Counted from the first letter of the stretch, positions 1 through 14,916 are shown. The stretch is 64,000 bases of DNA from Dendrobates tinctorius (GCF_039654945.1 NW_027361798.1:3596001-3660000); one strand, 5' to 3'. Notes: generated by a model not told the origin, from the sequence alone. A program made the numbers and translations.

Positions 1-3000
1 CTCCTCCCTGCAAAGCTGTATGATCACTGCTACCTGCTCCTTGCAGAGCTGTATGATCAGTGCCACCACCTCCTCCCTGCAGAGCTTTATGATCAGTGCC
101 CCCACCTCCTTCCTGCAGAGCTGTATGATCAGTGGCACCACCTCCTCCCTGCAGAGCTGTATGATCAGTGCCACCACCTCCTCCCTGCAGAGCTGTATGA
201 TCAGTGCCACAACCTCCTCCCTGCAGAGCTGTATGATCAGTGTCACCACCTCCACCCTGCAGAGCTGTATTATCAGTGCCACCACCTTCTCCCTGCAGAT
301 CTGTATGATCAGAGCCATCACCTCCTCCCTGCAGAGCTGTATGATCAGTGCCACCTCCTCCCTGCAGAGCTGTATGATCAGTGCCACCACCTCTTTCCTG
401 CACAGCTGTATGATCAGTGCCATCACCTCCTCCCTCCAGAGCTGTATGATCAGTGGCACCACCTCCTCCCTGCAGAGCTGTATGATCAGTGCCACCACCT
501 CCTCCCTGCAGAGCTGTATGATCAGTGCCACCACCTCCTCCCTGCAGAGCTGTATGATCAGTGCCACCACCTCCACCCTGCAGAGCTGTATTATCAGTGC
601 CACCACCTTCTCTCTGCAGATCTGTATGATCAGAGCCATCACCTCCTCCCTGCAGAGCTGTATGATCAGTGCCACCTCCTCCCTGCAGAGCTGTATGATC
701 AGTGCCACCACCTCTTTACTGCACAGCTGTATGATCAGTGCCATCACCTCCTCCCTCCAGAGCTGTATGATCAGTGCCACCACCTCCACCCTGCAGAGCT
801 GTATTATCAGTGCCACCACCTTCCCCCTGCAGATCTGTATGATCAGAGCCATCAACTCCTCCCTGCAGAGCTGTATGATCAGTGCCACCTCCTCCCTGCA
901 GAGCTGTATGATCAGTGCCACCACCTCTTTCCTGCAGAGCTGTATGATCAGTGCCATCACCTCCTCCCTCCAGAGCTGTATGATCAGTGCCACCACCTCC
1001 TCCCTGCAGAGCTGTATGATCAGTGCCACCACCTCTTTCCTGCAGAGCTGTATGATCAGTGCCATCACCTCCTCCCTGCAGACATATATGATCAGTGCCA
1101 CCACGTCCTCCCTTCAGAGCTGTATGATTAGTTCCACCACCTCCTCCCTGCAGAGCCTTATGATCAGTGCAATCACCTCCTCCCTGCAGAGCTGTATGAT
1201 CAGTGCCATTGCCTCCTCCCTTCAGAGCTGTATTATTAGTGCCACCACCTTCTCCCTGCAGAGCTGTATGATTAGTGCCACCACCTCCTCCCTGCAGAGC
1301 TGTATGATCAGTGCCACCACCTCCTCCCTGCAGAGCTGTATGATCAGTGTCACCACCTCCTCCCTGCAGAGCTGTTTGACCAATGCCATCACCTCCTCCC
1401 TGCCGAGCTGTATGATCAGTGCCACCACCTACTCCCTGCAGAGCTGAATGATCAGTGCCACCTCCTCCCTGCAGAGCTGTATGATCAGTGTCAACACCTC
1501 CTCCCTGCAGAGCTGTATGATCAGTGCCATCACCTCATCCTAGGCAGAGCTGTATGATCAGTGCCACCAACTTCTCCCTGCAGAGCTGTATGATCAGTGC
1601 CACCACCTCCTCACTGCAGAGCTGTATGGTCAGAGCCTCCACCTATTCCCTGCAGAGATATATGATCAGTGCCAACACCTCCTCCCTGCAGAGCTGTATG
1701 ATCAATGCCATCACCTCCTCCCTGCAGAGATGTATGATCAGTGCAACCACCTCCTCCCTGCAGAGCTGTATGATCAGTGCCACCACCTCCTCCCTGCAAA
1801 GCTGTATGATCAGTGCCACCACCTCCTCCCTGCAGTGCTGTATGATCACTGCTACTTCATCCCTGCAGAGCTGTATGATCAGTGCCACCTCCTTCCTGCA
1901 GAGCTGTATGATCACTACCAACTCCTCCCTGCAGAGTTGTATGATCAGTGCCACCACCTCCTCACTGCAGAGCTGTTTGATCACTGCCACCTCCTCCTCT
2001 CTACAGAGCTGTATGATCACTACCACTTCTTCCCTGCAGAGTTGTATGATCAGTGCCACCACCTCCTCCCTGCAGAGCTGTATGATCACTGCCACGTGCC
2101 ACCTCCTCCCTGCAGAGTTGTATGATCAGTGCCACCACCTCCTCACTGCAGAGCTGTATGATCAGTGCCACCTCCTCCTCCCTGCAGAGCTGTATGATCA
2201 GTGCCATAACCTCCTCCTTGCAGAGCTGTATGATCAGTGCCATCACCTCCTCCCTTCAGAGCTGAATGATCAGTGCCACCTCTTCCCTGCAGAGTTGTAT
2301 GATCAGTGCCACCTCCTCCTCCCTGCAGAGCTGTATGATCAGTGCCACCACCTACTCCCTGCAGAGCTGTATGATCAGTGCCATCACCTCCTCACTCCAG
2401 AGTTGTATGATCAGTGCCACCACCTCCTCCCTGCAGAGCTGCATGATCAATGTCACCACCTCCTCCCTGCAGAGCAGTATGATCAGTGCCACCACCTCCT
2501 CCCTGCAGAGCTGTATTATCAGAGCCACCACCTTCTCCCTGCAGAACTGAATGATCAGAGCCATCACCTCCTCCCTGCAGAGCTGTATGATCAGTGCCAC
2601 CTCCTCCCTGCAGAGCTGTATGATCAGTGTCACCACCTCCTTCCTGCAGAGCTGTATGATCAGTGCCATCACCTCCTCCCTCCAGAGCAGTATGATCAGT
2701 GCCATCACCTCCTCCCTGCAGAGCTGTATGATCACTGCCACCACCTGCTCCCTGCAGAGCTTTGTGACCAAGGCCATTACCTCCTCCCTGCAGAGCTGTA
2801 TGATCAGTGCCTCCACCTCCTCCCTGCAGAGGTGTATGATCAGTGCCTCCACCTCCTCACTGCAGAGCTGTATGATCAGTGCCACCACCTCCTCCCTACA
2901 GAGCTGTATGATCACTGCCACCACCTCCTCCCTGCCGAGCTGTATGATCAGTGCCACCACCTACTCCCTGCAGAGCTGAATGATCAGTGCCACCTCCTCC

Positions 3001-6000
3001 CTGCAGAGCAGTATGATCAGTGTCACCACCTCCTCCCTGCAGAGCAGTATGATCAGTGTCACCACCTCCTCCCTGCAGAGCTGTATGATCAGTGCCATCA
3101 CCTCTTCCCATGCAGAGCTGTATGATCAGTGCCACCAACTCCTCCCTGCAGAGCTGTATGATCAGTGCCATCACCTCTTCCCAGGTAGAGCTGTAAGATC
3201 AGTGCCACCACCTCCTCCCTGCAGAGGTGTATGATCAGTGCCATCACCTCTTCCCAGGCAGAGCTGTATGATCAGTGCCACCACCTCCTCCCTGCAGTGC
3301 TGTATGATCAGCGCCACCACCTACTCCCTGCAGAGCTGAATGATCAGTGCCACCTCCTCCCTGCAGAGCAGTATGATCAGTGTCACCACCTCCTCCCTGC
3401 AGAGCTGTATGATCAGTGCCATCACCTCTTCCCAGGCAGAGCTGTATGATCAGTGCCACAAACTCCTCCCTGCAGAGCTGTATGGTCAGTGCCACCACCT
3501 CCTCACTGCAGAGCTGTATTATCAGAGCCACCACCTTCTCCCTGCAGAACTGTATGATCAGAGCCATCACCTCCTCCCTGCAGAGCTGTATGATCAGTGG
3601 CACCTCCTCCCTGCAGAGCTGTATGATCAGTGCCATCACCTCCTCCTTCCAGAGCTGTATGATCAGTGGCACCACCTCCTCCCTGCAGAGATATATGATC
3701 AGTGCCACCACTTCCTCCCTGCAGAGCTGTATGATTAGTTCCACCACCTCCTCCCTGCAGAGCTGTATGATAACTGCCACCACCTCCTCCCTGCAGAGCT
3801 GCATGATCAGTGCCACCACCTACTCCCTGCAGAGCTGAATGATCATTGACACCTCCTCCCTGTAGAGTTGAATGATCAGTGCCACCACCTCCTTCCTGCT
3901 GAGCTGCATGATCACTGCCACCACCTCCTCCCTGCAGAGCTGCATGATCAGTGCCATCACCTCCTCCCTGCAGAGCTGTATGATCACTGCCACCACCTCC
4001 TCCCTGCAGAGCTGCATGATCAGTGCCACCTCCTACTCCCTGCAGAGCTGAATGATCATTGCCACCTCCTCCCTGTAGAGTTGTATGATCAGTGCCACCA
4101 CCTCCTCCCTGCAGAGCTGTATGATCAGTGAATCCACCTCCTCCCTGCTGAGCTGTATGATCAGTCCCACCACCTCCTCCATGCAGAGCTGCATGATCAT
4201 TGCCATCACCTCCTCCCTGCAGAGCTGTATGATCACTGCCACCTCCTCCCTGTAGAGTTGTATGATCAGTGTCACCACCTCCTCCCTGCAGAGCTGCATG
4301 ATCAGTGCCATCACCTCCTCCATGCAGAGCTGTATGATCACTGCCACCACCTCCTCCCTGCAGAGCTGCATGATCAGTGCCACCTCCTACTCCCTGCAGA
4401 GCTGAATGATCATTGCCACCTCCTCCCTGTAGAGTTGTATGTTCAGAACCACCACCTCCTCCCTGCAGAGGTGTATGATCACTGCCACCACCTCCTCCCT
4501 GCAGAGCTGTGTGACCAATGCCATTACCTCCTCCCTGCAGAGGTGTATGATCAGTGCCTCTACCTCCTCCCTGCAGAGCTGTATGATCAGTTCCACCACC
4601 TCCTCCCTGCAGAGCTGTATGATCACTGCCACCAACTCCTCCCTGCCGAGCTGTATGATCAGTGCCACCACCTACTCCTTGCAGAGCTGAATGATCAGTG
4701 CCACCTCCTCCCTGCAGAGCTGTATGATCAGTGTCACCACCTCCTCCCTGCAGAGCTGTATGATCAGTGCCACCACCTCCTCCCTGCAGAGCTGTATTAT
4801 CAGTGCCATCAACTCCTGCCTGCAGAGCTGTATGATCACTGCCACCTCCTCCCTGTAGAGCTGTATGTTCAGAGCCACCACCTTCTCCCTGCAGAGGTGT
4901 ATGATCACTGCCACCACCTCCTCCCTGCAGAGCTGTGTGACCAATGCCATTACCTCCTCCCTGCAGAGCTGTATGATCAGTGCCTCCACTTCCTCCCTGC
5001 AGAGGTGTATGATCAGTGCCTCCACCTCCTCCCTGCAGAGATGTATGATCAGTGCCACCACCTCCTCACTGCAGAGCTGTATGATCACTGCCACCACCTC
5101 CTCCCTGCCAAGCTGTATGATCAGTGCCACCACCTACTCCCTGCAGAGCTGAATGATCAGTGCCATCTCCTCCCTGCAGAGCAGTATGATCAGTGTCACC
5201 ACCTCCTCCCTGCAGAGCTGTATGATCAGTGCCACCACCTCCTCCCTGCAGAGCTGTATGACCAATGCCATCACCTCCTCCCTGCCGAGCTTTATGATCA
5301 GTGCCACCTCCTACTCCCTGCAGAGCTGAATGATCAGTGCCACCTCCTCCCTGCAGAGCTGTATGATCAGTGTCACCACCTCCTCCCTGCAGAGCTGTAT
5401 GATCAGTGCCATCACCTCATCCTAGGCAGAGCTGTATGATCAGTGCCACCAACTCCTCCTTTGCAGAGCTGTATGATCAGTGCCATCACCTCTTCCCAGG
5501 CAGAGCTGTAAGATCAGTGCCACCAACTCCTCCCTGCAGAGCTGTATGATCACTGCCACCACCTCCTCACTGCAGAGCTGTATGGTCAGAGCCTCCACCT
5601 ATTCCCTGCAGAGATATATGATCAGTGCCAACACCTCCTCCCTGCAGAGCTGTATGATCAATGCCATCACCTCCTCCCTGCAGAGATGTATGATCAGTGC
5701 AACCACCTCCTCCCTGCAGAGCTGTATGATCAGTGCCACCACCTCCTCCCTGCAAAGCTGTATGATCAGTGCCACCACCTCCTCCCTGCAGTGCTGTATG
5801 ATCACTGCCACGTGCCACCTCCTCCCTGCAGAGTTGTATGATCAGTGCCACCACCTCCTCACTGCAGAGCTGTATGATCACTGCTACTTCATCCCTGCAG
5901 AGCTGTATTATCAGTGCCATTGCCTCCTCCCTTCAGAGCTGTTTGATCAGTGCCACCTCCTTCCTGCAGAGCTGTATGATCACTACCACCTCCTCCCTGC

Positions 6001-9000
6001 AGAGTTGTATGATCAGTGCCACCACCTCCTCACTGCAGAGCTGTTTGATCACTGCCACCTCCTCCTCCCTACAGAGCTGAATGATCACTACCACTTCCTC
6101 TCTGCAGAGCTGTATGATCACTGCCACGTGCCACCTCCTCCCTGCAGAGTTGTATGATCAGTGCCACCACCTCCTCACTGCAGAGCTGTATGATCAGTGC
6201 CACCTCCTCCTCCCTGCAGAGCTGTATGATCAGTGCCATCACCTCCTCCTTGCAGAGCTGTATGATCAGTGCCATCACCTCCTCCCTTCAGAGCTGAATG
6301 ATCAGTTCCACCTCTTCCCTGCAAAGCTGTATGATCACTACTACTTCTTCCCTGCAGAGTTGTATGATCAGTGCCACCACCTCCTCCCTGCAGAGCTGTA
6401 TGATCAGTGCCACCACCTCCTCCCTGCAGAGCTGCATGATCAATGTCACCACCTCCTCCCTGCAGAGCAGTATGATCAGTGCCACCACCTCCTCCCTGCA
6501 GAGCTGTATGATCAGTGCCACCTCCTCCCTGCAGAGCTGTATGATCAGTGCCACTACCTCCTTCCTGCAGAGCTGTATGATCAGTGCCATCACCTCCTCC
6601 CTCCAGAGCTGTATGATCAGTGCCACCACCTACTCCCTGCAGAGCTGTATGATCAGTGCCATCACCTCCTCACTCCAGAGTTGTATGATCAGTGCCACCA
6701 CCTCCTCCCTGCAGAGCTGCATGATCAATGTCACCACCTCCTCCCTGCAGAGCAGTATGATCAGTGCCACCACCTCCTCCCTGCAGAGCTGTATGATCAG
6801 TGCCACCTCCTCCCTGCAGAGCTGTATGATCAGTGCCACTACCTCCTTCCTGCAGAGCTGTATGATCAGTGCCATCACCTCCTCCCTGCAGAACTGAATG
6901 ATCAGAGCCATCACCTCCTCCCTGCAGAGCTGTATGATCAGTGCCACCTCCTCCCTGCAGAGCTGTATGATCAGTGCCACTACCTCCTTCCTGCAGAGCT
7001 GTATGATCAGTGCCATCACCTCCTCCCTCCAGAGCTGTATGATCAGTGCCATCACCTCCTCCCTGCAGAGCTGTATGATCACTGCCACCACCTGCTCCCT
7101 GCAGAGCTTTGTGACCAAGGCCATTACCTCCTCCCTGCAGAGCTGTATGATCAGTGCCTCCACCTCCTCCCTGCAGAGGTGTATGATCAGTGCCTCCACC
7201 TCCTCACTGCAGAGCTGTATGATCAGTGCCACCACCTCCTCCCTACAGAGCTGTATGATCACTGCCACCACCTCCTCCCTGCCGAGCTGTATGATCAGTG
7301 CCACCACCTCCTCCCAACAGAGCTGTAAGATCACTGCCACCACCTCCTCCCTGCAGAGCTGAATGATCAGTGCCACCTCCTCCCTGCAGAGCAGTATGAT
7401 CAGTGTCACCACCTCCTCCCTGCAGAGCTGTATGATCAGTGCCATCACCTCTTCCCAGGCAGAGCTGTATGATCAGTGCCACCACCTCCTCCCTGCAGAG
7501 GTGTATGATCAGTGCCATCACCTCTTCCCAGGCAGAGCTGTATGATCAGTGCCACCACCTCCTCCCTGCAGAGCTGTATGATCAGTGCCACCACCTCCTC
7601 CCTGCAGAGCTGCATGATCAGTGCCACCACCTACTCCCTGCAGAGCTGAATGATCATTGCCACCTCCTCCCTGTAGAGTTGAATGATCAGTGCCACCACC
7701 TCCTTCCTGCTGAGCTGCATGATCACTGCCACCACCTCCTCCCTGCAGAGCTGCATGATCAGTGCCATCACCTCCTCCCTGCAGAGCTGTATGATCACTG
7801 CCACCACCTCCTCCCTGCAGAGCTGCATGATCAGTGCCACCACCTACTCCCTGCAGAGCTGAATGATCATTGCCACCTCCTCCCTGTAGAGTTGTATGAT
7901 CAGTGCCACCACCTCCTCCCTGCAGAGCTGTATGATCAGTGCCACCACCTCCTCCCTGCTGAGCTGTATGATCAGTCCCACCACCTCCTCCATGCAGAGC
8001 TGCATGATCACTGCCACCACCTCCTCCCTGTAGAGCTGTATGATCAGTGCCACCACCTCCTCCCTGCTGAGCTGTATGATCACTGCCATCACCTCCTCCC
8101 TGCAGAGCTGTATTATCAGTGCCACCTCCTCCTTCCTGCATAGCTGTATGATCACTGCCACCTCCTCCCTGCAGAGCTGTATGTTCAGAACCACCACCTC
8201 CTCAATGCAGAGATGTATGATCACTGCCACCACCTCCTCCCTGCAGAGGTGTATGATCAGTGCCTCTACCTCCTCCCTGCAGAGCTGTATGATCACTGCC
8301 ACCAACTCCTCCCTGCCGAGCTGTATGATCAGTGCCACCACCTACTCCTTGCAGAGCTGAATGATCAGTGTCACCACCTCCTCCCTGCAGAGCTGTATTA
8401 TCAGTGCCATCAACTCCTGCCTGCAGAGCTGTATGATCACTGCCACCTCCTCCCTGCAGAGCTGTATGTTCAGAGCCACCACCTTCTCCCTGCAGAGGTG
8501 TATGATCACTGCCACCACCTCCTCCCTGCAGAGCTGTGTGACCAATGCCATTACCTCCTTCCTGCAGAGCTGTATGATCAGTGCCTCCACCTCCTCCCTG
8601 CAGAGGTGTATGATCAGTGCCTCCACCTCCTCCCTGCAGAGCTGTATGATCAGTGCCACCACCTCCTCACTGCAGAGCTGTATGATCACTGCCACCACCT
8701 CCTCCCTGCCGAGCTGTATGATCAGTGCCACCACCTACTCCCTGCAGAGCTGAATGATCAGTGCCACCTCCTCCCTGCAGAGCAGTATGATCAGTGTCAC
8801 CACCTCCTCCCTGCAGAGCTGTATGATCAGTGCCATCACCTCCTCCTTGCAGAGCTGTATGATCAGTGCCATCACCTCCTCCCTTCAGAGCTGAATGATC
8901 AGTGCCACCTCTTCCCTGCAAAGCTGTATGATCACTACTACCTCTTCCCTGCAGAGTTGTATGATCAGTGCCACCACCTCCTCCCTGCAGAGTTGTATGA

Positions 9001-12000
9001 TCAGTGCCACCTCCTCCTCCCTGCAGAGCTGTATGATCAGTGCCATCACCTCCTCACTCCAGAGTTGTATGATCAGTGCCACCACCTCCTCCCTGCAGAG
9101 CTGCATGATCAGTGCCACCACCTCCTCCCTGCAGAGCAGTATGATCAGTGCCACCACCTCCTCCCTGCAGAGCTGTATTATCAGAGCCACCACCTTCTCC
9201 CTGCAGAACTGAATGATCAGAGCCATCACCTCCTTCCTGCAGAGCTGTATGATCAGTGCCACCTCCTCCCCGCAGAGCTGTATGATCAGTGCCACCACCT
9301 CCTTCCTGCAGAGCTGTATGATCAGTGCCATCACCTCCTCCCTCCAGAGCTGTATGATCAGTGCCATCACCTCCTCCCTGCAGAGCTGTATGATCACTGC
9401 CACCACCTGCTCCCTGCAGAGCTTTGTGACCAAGGCCATTACCTCCTCCCTGCAGAGCTGTATGATCAGTGCCTCCACCTCCTCCCTGCAGAGGTGTATG
9501 ATCAGTTCCTCCACCTCCTCACTGCAGATCTGTATGATCAGTGCCTCCACCTCCTCCCTACAGAGCTGTATGATCACTGCCACCACCTCCTCCCTGCCGA
9601 GCTGTATGATCAGTGCCACCTCCTCCCTGCAGAGCAGTATGATCAGTGTCACCACCTCCTCCCTGCAGAGCTGTATGATCAGTGCCATCACCTCTTCCCA
9701 GGCAGAGCTGTATGATCAGTGCCACCACCTCCTCCCTGCCGAGCTGTATGATCAGTGCCACCACCTACTCCCTGCAGAGCTGAATGATCAGTGCCACCTC
9801 CTCCCTGCAGAGCAGTATGATCAGTGTCACCACCTCCTCCCTGCAGAGCTGTATGATCAGTGCCATCACCTCTTCCCAGGCAGAGCTGTATGATCAGTGC
9901 CACCACCTCCTCCCTGCAGAGCTGAATGATCAGTGCCACCTCCTCCCTGCAGAGCAGTATGATCAGTGTCACCACCTCCTCCCTGCAGAGCTGTATGATC
10001 AGTGTCATCACCTCTTCCCAGGCAGAGCTGTATGATCAGTGCCACCAACTCCTCCCTGCAGAGCTGTATGATCAGTGCCATCACCTCTTCCCAGGTAGAG
10101 CTGTAAGATCAGTGCCACCACCTCCTCCCTGCAGAGGTGTATGATCAGTGCCATCACCTCTTCCCAGGCAGAGCTGTATGATCAGTGCCACCACCTCCTC
10201 CCTGCCGAGCTGTATGATCAGTGCCACCACCTACTCCCTGCAGAGCTGAATGATCAGTGCCACCTCCTCCCTGCAGAGCAGTATGATCAGTGTCACCACC
10301 TCCTCCCTGCAGAGCTGTATGATCAGTGCCATCACCTCTTCCCAGGCAGAGCTGTATGATCAGTGCCACCAACTCCTCCCTGCAGAGCTGTATGGTCAGT
10401 GCCACCACCTCCTCCCTGCAGAGATATATGATCAGTGCCACCACTTCCTTCCTGCAGAGCTGTATGATTAGTTCCACCACCTCCTCCCTGCAGAGCTGTA
10501 TGATCAGTGCCACCACCTCCTCCCTGCCGAGCTGTATGATCAGTGCCACCACCTACTCCCTGCAGAGCTGAATGATCAGTGCCACCTCCTCCCTGCAGAG
10601 CAGTATGATCAGTGTCACCACCTCCTCCCTGCAGAGCTGTATGATCAGTGCCATCACCTCTTCCCAGGCAGAGCTGTATGATCAGTGCCACCAACTCCTC
10701 CCTGCAGAGCTGTATGGTCAGTGCCACCACCTCCTCCCTGCAGAGATATATGATCAGTGCCACCACTTCCTTCCTGCAGAGCTGTATGATTAGTTCCACC
10801 ACCTCCTCCCTGCAGAGCTGTATGATCACTGCCACCACCTCCTTCCTGCAGAACTGTATGATCAGTGCCATCACCTCCTCCCTCCAGAGCTGTATGATCA
10901 GTGGCACCACCTCCTCCCTGCAGAGATATATGATCAGTGCCACCACTTCCTCCCTGCAGAGCTGTATGATTAGTTCCACCACCTCCTCCCTGCAGAGCTG
11001 TATGATCACTGCCACCACCTCCTCCCTGCAGAGCTGCATGATCAGTGCCACCACCTACTCCCTGCAGAGCTGAATGATCATTGCCACCTCCTCCCTGTAG
11101 AGTTGAATGATCAGTGCCACCACCTCCTTCCTGCTGAGCTGCATGATCACTGCCACCACCTCCTCCCTGCAGAGCTGCATGATCAGTGCCATCACCTCCT
11201 CCCTGCAGAGCTGTATGATCACTGCCACCACCTCCTCCCTGCAGAGCTGCATGATCAGTGCCACCACCTACTCCCTGCAGAGCTGAATGATCATTGCCAC
11301 CTCCTCCCTGTAAAGTTGTATGATCAGTGCCACCACCTCCTCCCTGCAGAGCTGTATGATCAGTGCCACCACCTCCTCCCTGCTGAGCTGTATGATCAGT
11401 CCCACCACCTCCTCCATGCAGAGCTGCATGATCAGTGCCATCACCTCCTCCCTGCAGAGCTGTATGATCACTGCCACCACCTCCTCCCTGTAGAGCTGTA
11501 TGATCAGTGCCACCACCTCCTCCCTGCTGAGCTGTATGATCACTGCCATCACCTCCTCCCTGCAGAGCTGTATTATCAGTGCCACCACCTCCTCCCTGCA
11601 TAGATGTATGATCACTGCCACCTCCTCCCTGCAGAGCTGTATGTTCAGAGCCACCACCTCCTCCCTGCAGAGGTGTATGATCACTGCCACCACCTCCTCC
11701 CTGCAGAGCTGTGTGACCAATGCCATTACCTCCTCCCTGCAGAGGTGTATGATCAGTGCCTCTACCTCCTCCCTGCAGTGCTGTATGATCTGTGCCACCA
11801 CCTCCTCCCTGCAGAGCTGTATGATCAGTGCCACCACCTCCTCCCTGCAGAGCTGTAGGATCAGTGACACCACCTCCTCCCTGCAGAGCTGTATGATTAG
11901 TGCCATCACCTCCTCCCTGCAGAGCTTTATGATCAGTGCCACCACCTCCTCCCTGCAGAGCTGTATGATCAGTGCCACCACCTCCTCCCTGCAGAGCTGT

Positions 12001-12202
12001 ATGATCAGTGCCATTGCCTCCTCCCTTCAGAGCTGTATGATTAGCTCCACCACCTTCTCCCTACAGAGCTGTATGATCAGTGCCTCCACCTCCTCCCTGC
12101 AGAGCTGTTTGATCAGTGTCACCACCTCCTCCTTGCAGAGCTGTATGATCACTACCATACTCCCTGCAGAGCTGCATGATCAGTGTCACCACCTACTCCC
12201 TG
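1..12202 (+). repeat. 36-bp satellite (ATGATCAGTGCCACCACCTCCTCCCTGCAGAGCTGT, with 33-bp variants), roughly 340 monomers, runs off the left edge
   Basis: Direct tandem periodicity; the 12/11-aa periodic ORFs (SSLQSCMISATT, LLPAELYDQCHH) reflect the 36/33-bp units. Confidence 0.98.
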
Positions 12203-13336
12203 CAGGGAGGAGGTGGAGGCACTCATCATTCAGCTCTGCAGGGAGGAGGTGGAGGCACTCATCATACAGCTCTGCAGGGAGGAGGTGGTGGCACTGATCA
12301 TACAGCTCTGCAGGGAGGAGGTGGTGACTCTGATCATACAGCTCTGCAGTGAGGAGTTGGTGGCACTGATCATACAGCTCTGCAGGGATGAGGTTATGGC
12401 ACTGATCATACAGCTCTGCATGAAGGAGGTGGTGGGACTGATCATGCAGCTCTGCAGGGAGGAGGCAATGGCACTGATCATACAGCTCTGCAGGGAGGAA
12501 GTAGTGGCAGTGATCATATAGCTCTGCAGGGAGGAAGTGGTGACACTGACCATACAGCTCTGCTGGGAGGAGGTGGTGGCACTGATCATACAGCTCTGCA
12601 GGGAGGAGGTGGTGGCACTGATCATACAGCTCTGCAGGTTGGAGGTGGTGGCACTGATCATACAGCTCTGCAGGGATGAGGTGGTGGCAGTGGTCATACA
12701 ACTCTGCAGGGAGGTGGTGTTGGCACTGATCATACAGCTCTGCAGGGAGGAGGTGGAGGCACTGATCATACAGCTCTGTAGGGAGAAGGTGGTGGAACTA
12801 ATCATACAGCTCTGAATGGAGGAAGCAATGGCACCGATCATACTGCTCTGCAGGGAGGAGGTGGTGACACTGATCATACAGCTTTGCAGGGAGGAGGTGG
12901 TGGCACTGATCATACAGCTCTGCAGGGAGGAAGTGGTGGGACTGATCCTGCAGCTCTGCAGGGAGGAGGCAATAGCACTGATCATACAGCTCTGCAGGGA
13001 GGAGGTGGTGGAACTAATCATAAAGCTCTGCAGGGAGGTGATGGTAGTGATCATACAGCTCTGCAAGGAGGAGGTGGTGACACTGATCAAACAGCTCTGC
13101 AGGGAGGAGGTGGTGGCACTGATCATACAGCTCTGCAAGGAGGAGGTGGTGGCACTGATCATACAGCTCTGCAGGGAGGAGGTGGTGGCACTGATCATAC
13201 AGCTCTGCAGGGAGAAGGTGATTGCACTGATCATAAGTCTCTGCAGGAAGGAGGCAATGGCACTGATCATACAGCTCTGCAGTGAGGAGGTGGTGGCACT
13301 GATCATACAGCTATGGAGGGAGGAGGTGATGGCACT
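12203..13336 (-). repeat. Same 36-bp satellite, opposite orientation
   Basis: Units read CACTGATCATACAGCTCTGCAGGGAGGAGGTGGTGG after the CTCCCTGCAGGGAG palindrome at 12196-12209. Confidence 0.97.
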
Positions 13337-14916
13337 ATAAACAGAAAGATAGTGAGGAAACACTTAGCTAACCTAAATGTATTCAAGTCTCCAGGTCCAG
13401 ATGAATTACACCCCAGAGTACTGAAGGAGATAGCAGAAGAAATTTTTGAACCCCTCTCCATAATCTTTGAAAATTCTTGGAGAACAGGAGAAGTGCCAGA
13501 AGACTGGAGAAGAGCAAATGTTGTTCCTATCTTCAAAAAGGGGAAGAAGGTGGACCCAGGCAACTATAGGCCGGTGAGTCTGACTTCTATACCAGGAAAG
13601 ATCTTTGAACAAATTATTAAACAACATGTATGTCAATACCTGGATAAGAATGAAGTGATTAAACAGAGTCAGCATGGGTTTGTAACTAATAAGTCATGTC
13701 AGACTAATTTAATTTCGTTCTATGATGGTATTACTGATTGGGTGGATCAAGGAAATGCTGTAGATATAGTATATCTTGACTTCAGCAAAGCATTTGACAA
13801 AGTCTCTCATACAATCCTTATTGAAAAAATGACTAAGTATGGAATGGACAAGGCAACTGTTAGGTGGATTCATAACTGGCTTAGTGATCGGACCCAAAGA
13901 GTGGTCGTAAATGGCTGCACATCCAGTTGGAAGAATGTCTCAAGTGGGGTACCACAGGGCTCTGTCCTGGGCCCTGTATTGTTCAACATCTTTATCAACG
14001 ATTTAGATGAAGGAATTGAGGGTAAACTGATTAAATTTGCTGATGACACAAAGCTAGGAGGGATAGCTAATACTAGAGAAGAGAGAGAGAGGATTCAAAA
14101 AGATTTAAATAAACTGGAGAAGTGGGCAGCAACTAACAGAATGGTTTTTAACAGGGAGAAATGCAAAGTACTACATCTGGGCAATAAAAATGAAAAAAGC
14201 ATATATAGAATGGGAGGAATAGGGCTAAGTGACAGCACATGTGAAAAAGACTTGGGTATACTAATAGATCACAGACTGAATATGAGTCAACAGTGTGATG
14301 CAGCAGCAAAAAAGGCAAATGCAATTCTAGGATGTATTAACAGAAGCATACAGTCTAGATCACGTGAAGTAATTATTTCCCTCTACTCCTCTTTGGTCAG
14401 ACCTCATCTGGAATATTGTGTCCAATTTTGGGCACCACATTTTAAAAAAGACATCAACAAACTGGAGCAAGTTCAGAAAAGAGCGACCAGAATGGTGACC
14501 GGTCTGCAAACCCTGTCTTATGAGGAAAGGTTGCAGGATTTGGGAATGTTTAGTTTGCAAAAGAGAAGACTGAGAGGAGACTTAATAGCTGTCTACAAAT
14601 ATCTAAAGGGCTGTCACATTGTAGAAGGATCAACTTTATTCTCATTTGCACAAGGAAAGACTAGAAGCAATGGGATGAAGCTGAATGGGAGGAGACACAG
14701 ATTAGATATTAGAAAAAACTTTTTGACAGTTAGAGTGATCAATGAGTGGAACAGGCTGCCACGAGAAGTGGTGAGTTCTCCTTCAATGGAAGTCTTCAAA
14801 CAAAGGCTGGACAGACATCTAACTGGGATGATTTAGCGAATCCTGCTTTGAGCAGGGGGTTGGACCAGATGGCCCAGGAGGTCCCTTCCAACTCTACGAT
14901 TCTATGATTCTATGAT
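13335..14916 (+). mobile_element. 5'-truncated CR1 LINE with an open C-terminal ORF2 (RT) ending at 14836
   Basis: KSPGPDELHP, NYRPVSLTS, GVPQGSVLGP and FADD motifs; CR1 3' UTR ending in (ATTCTATG)n; inserted in satellite at GGCACT^GATCAT without a TSD. Confidence 0.96.

Noticed and set aside
13313-14836. 507-aa ORF as a host reverse-transcriptase gene
   Set aside because: 5'-truncated CR1 ORF2 whose start codon comes from the flanking satellite
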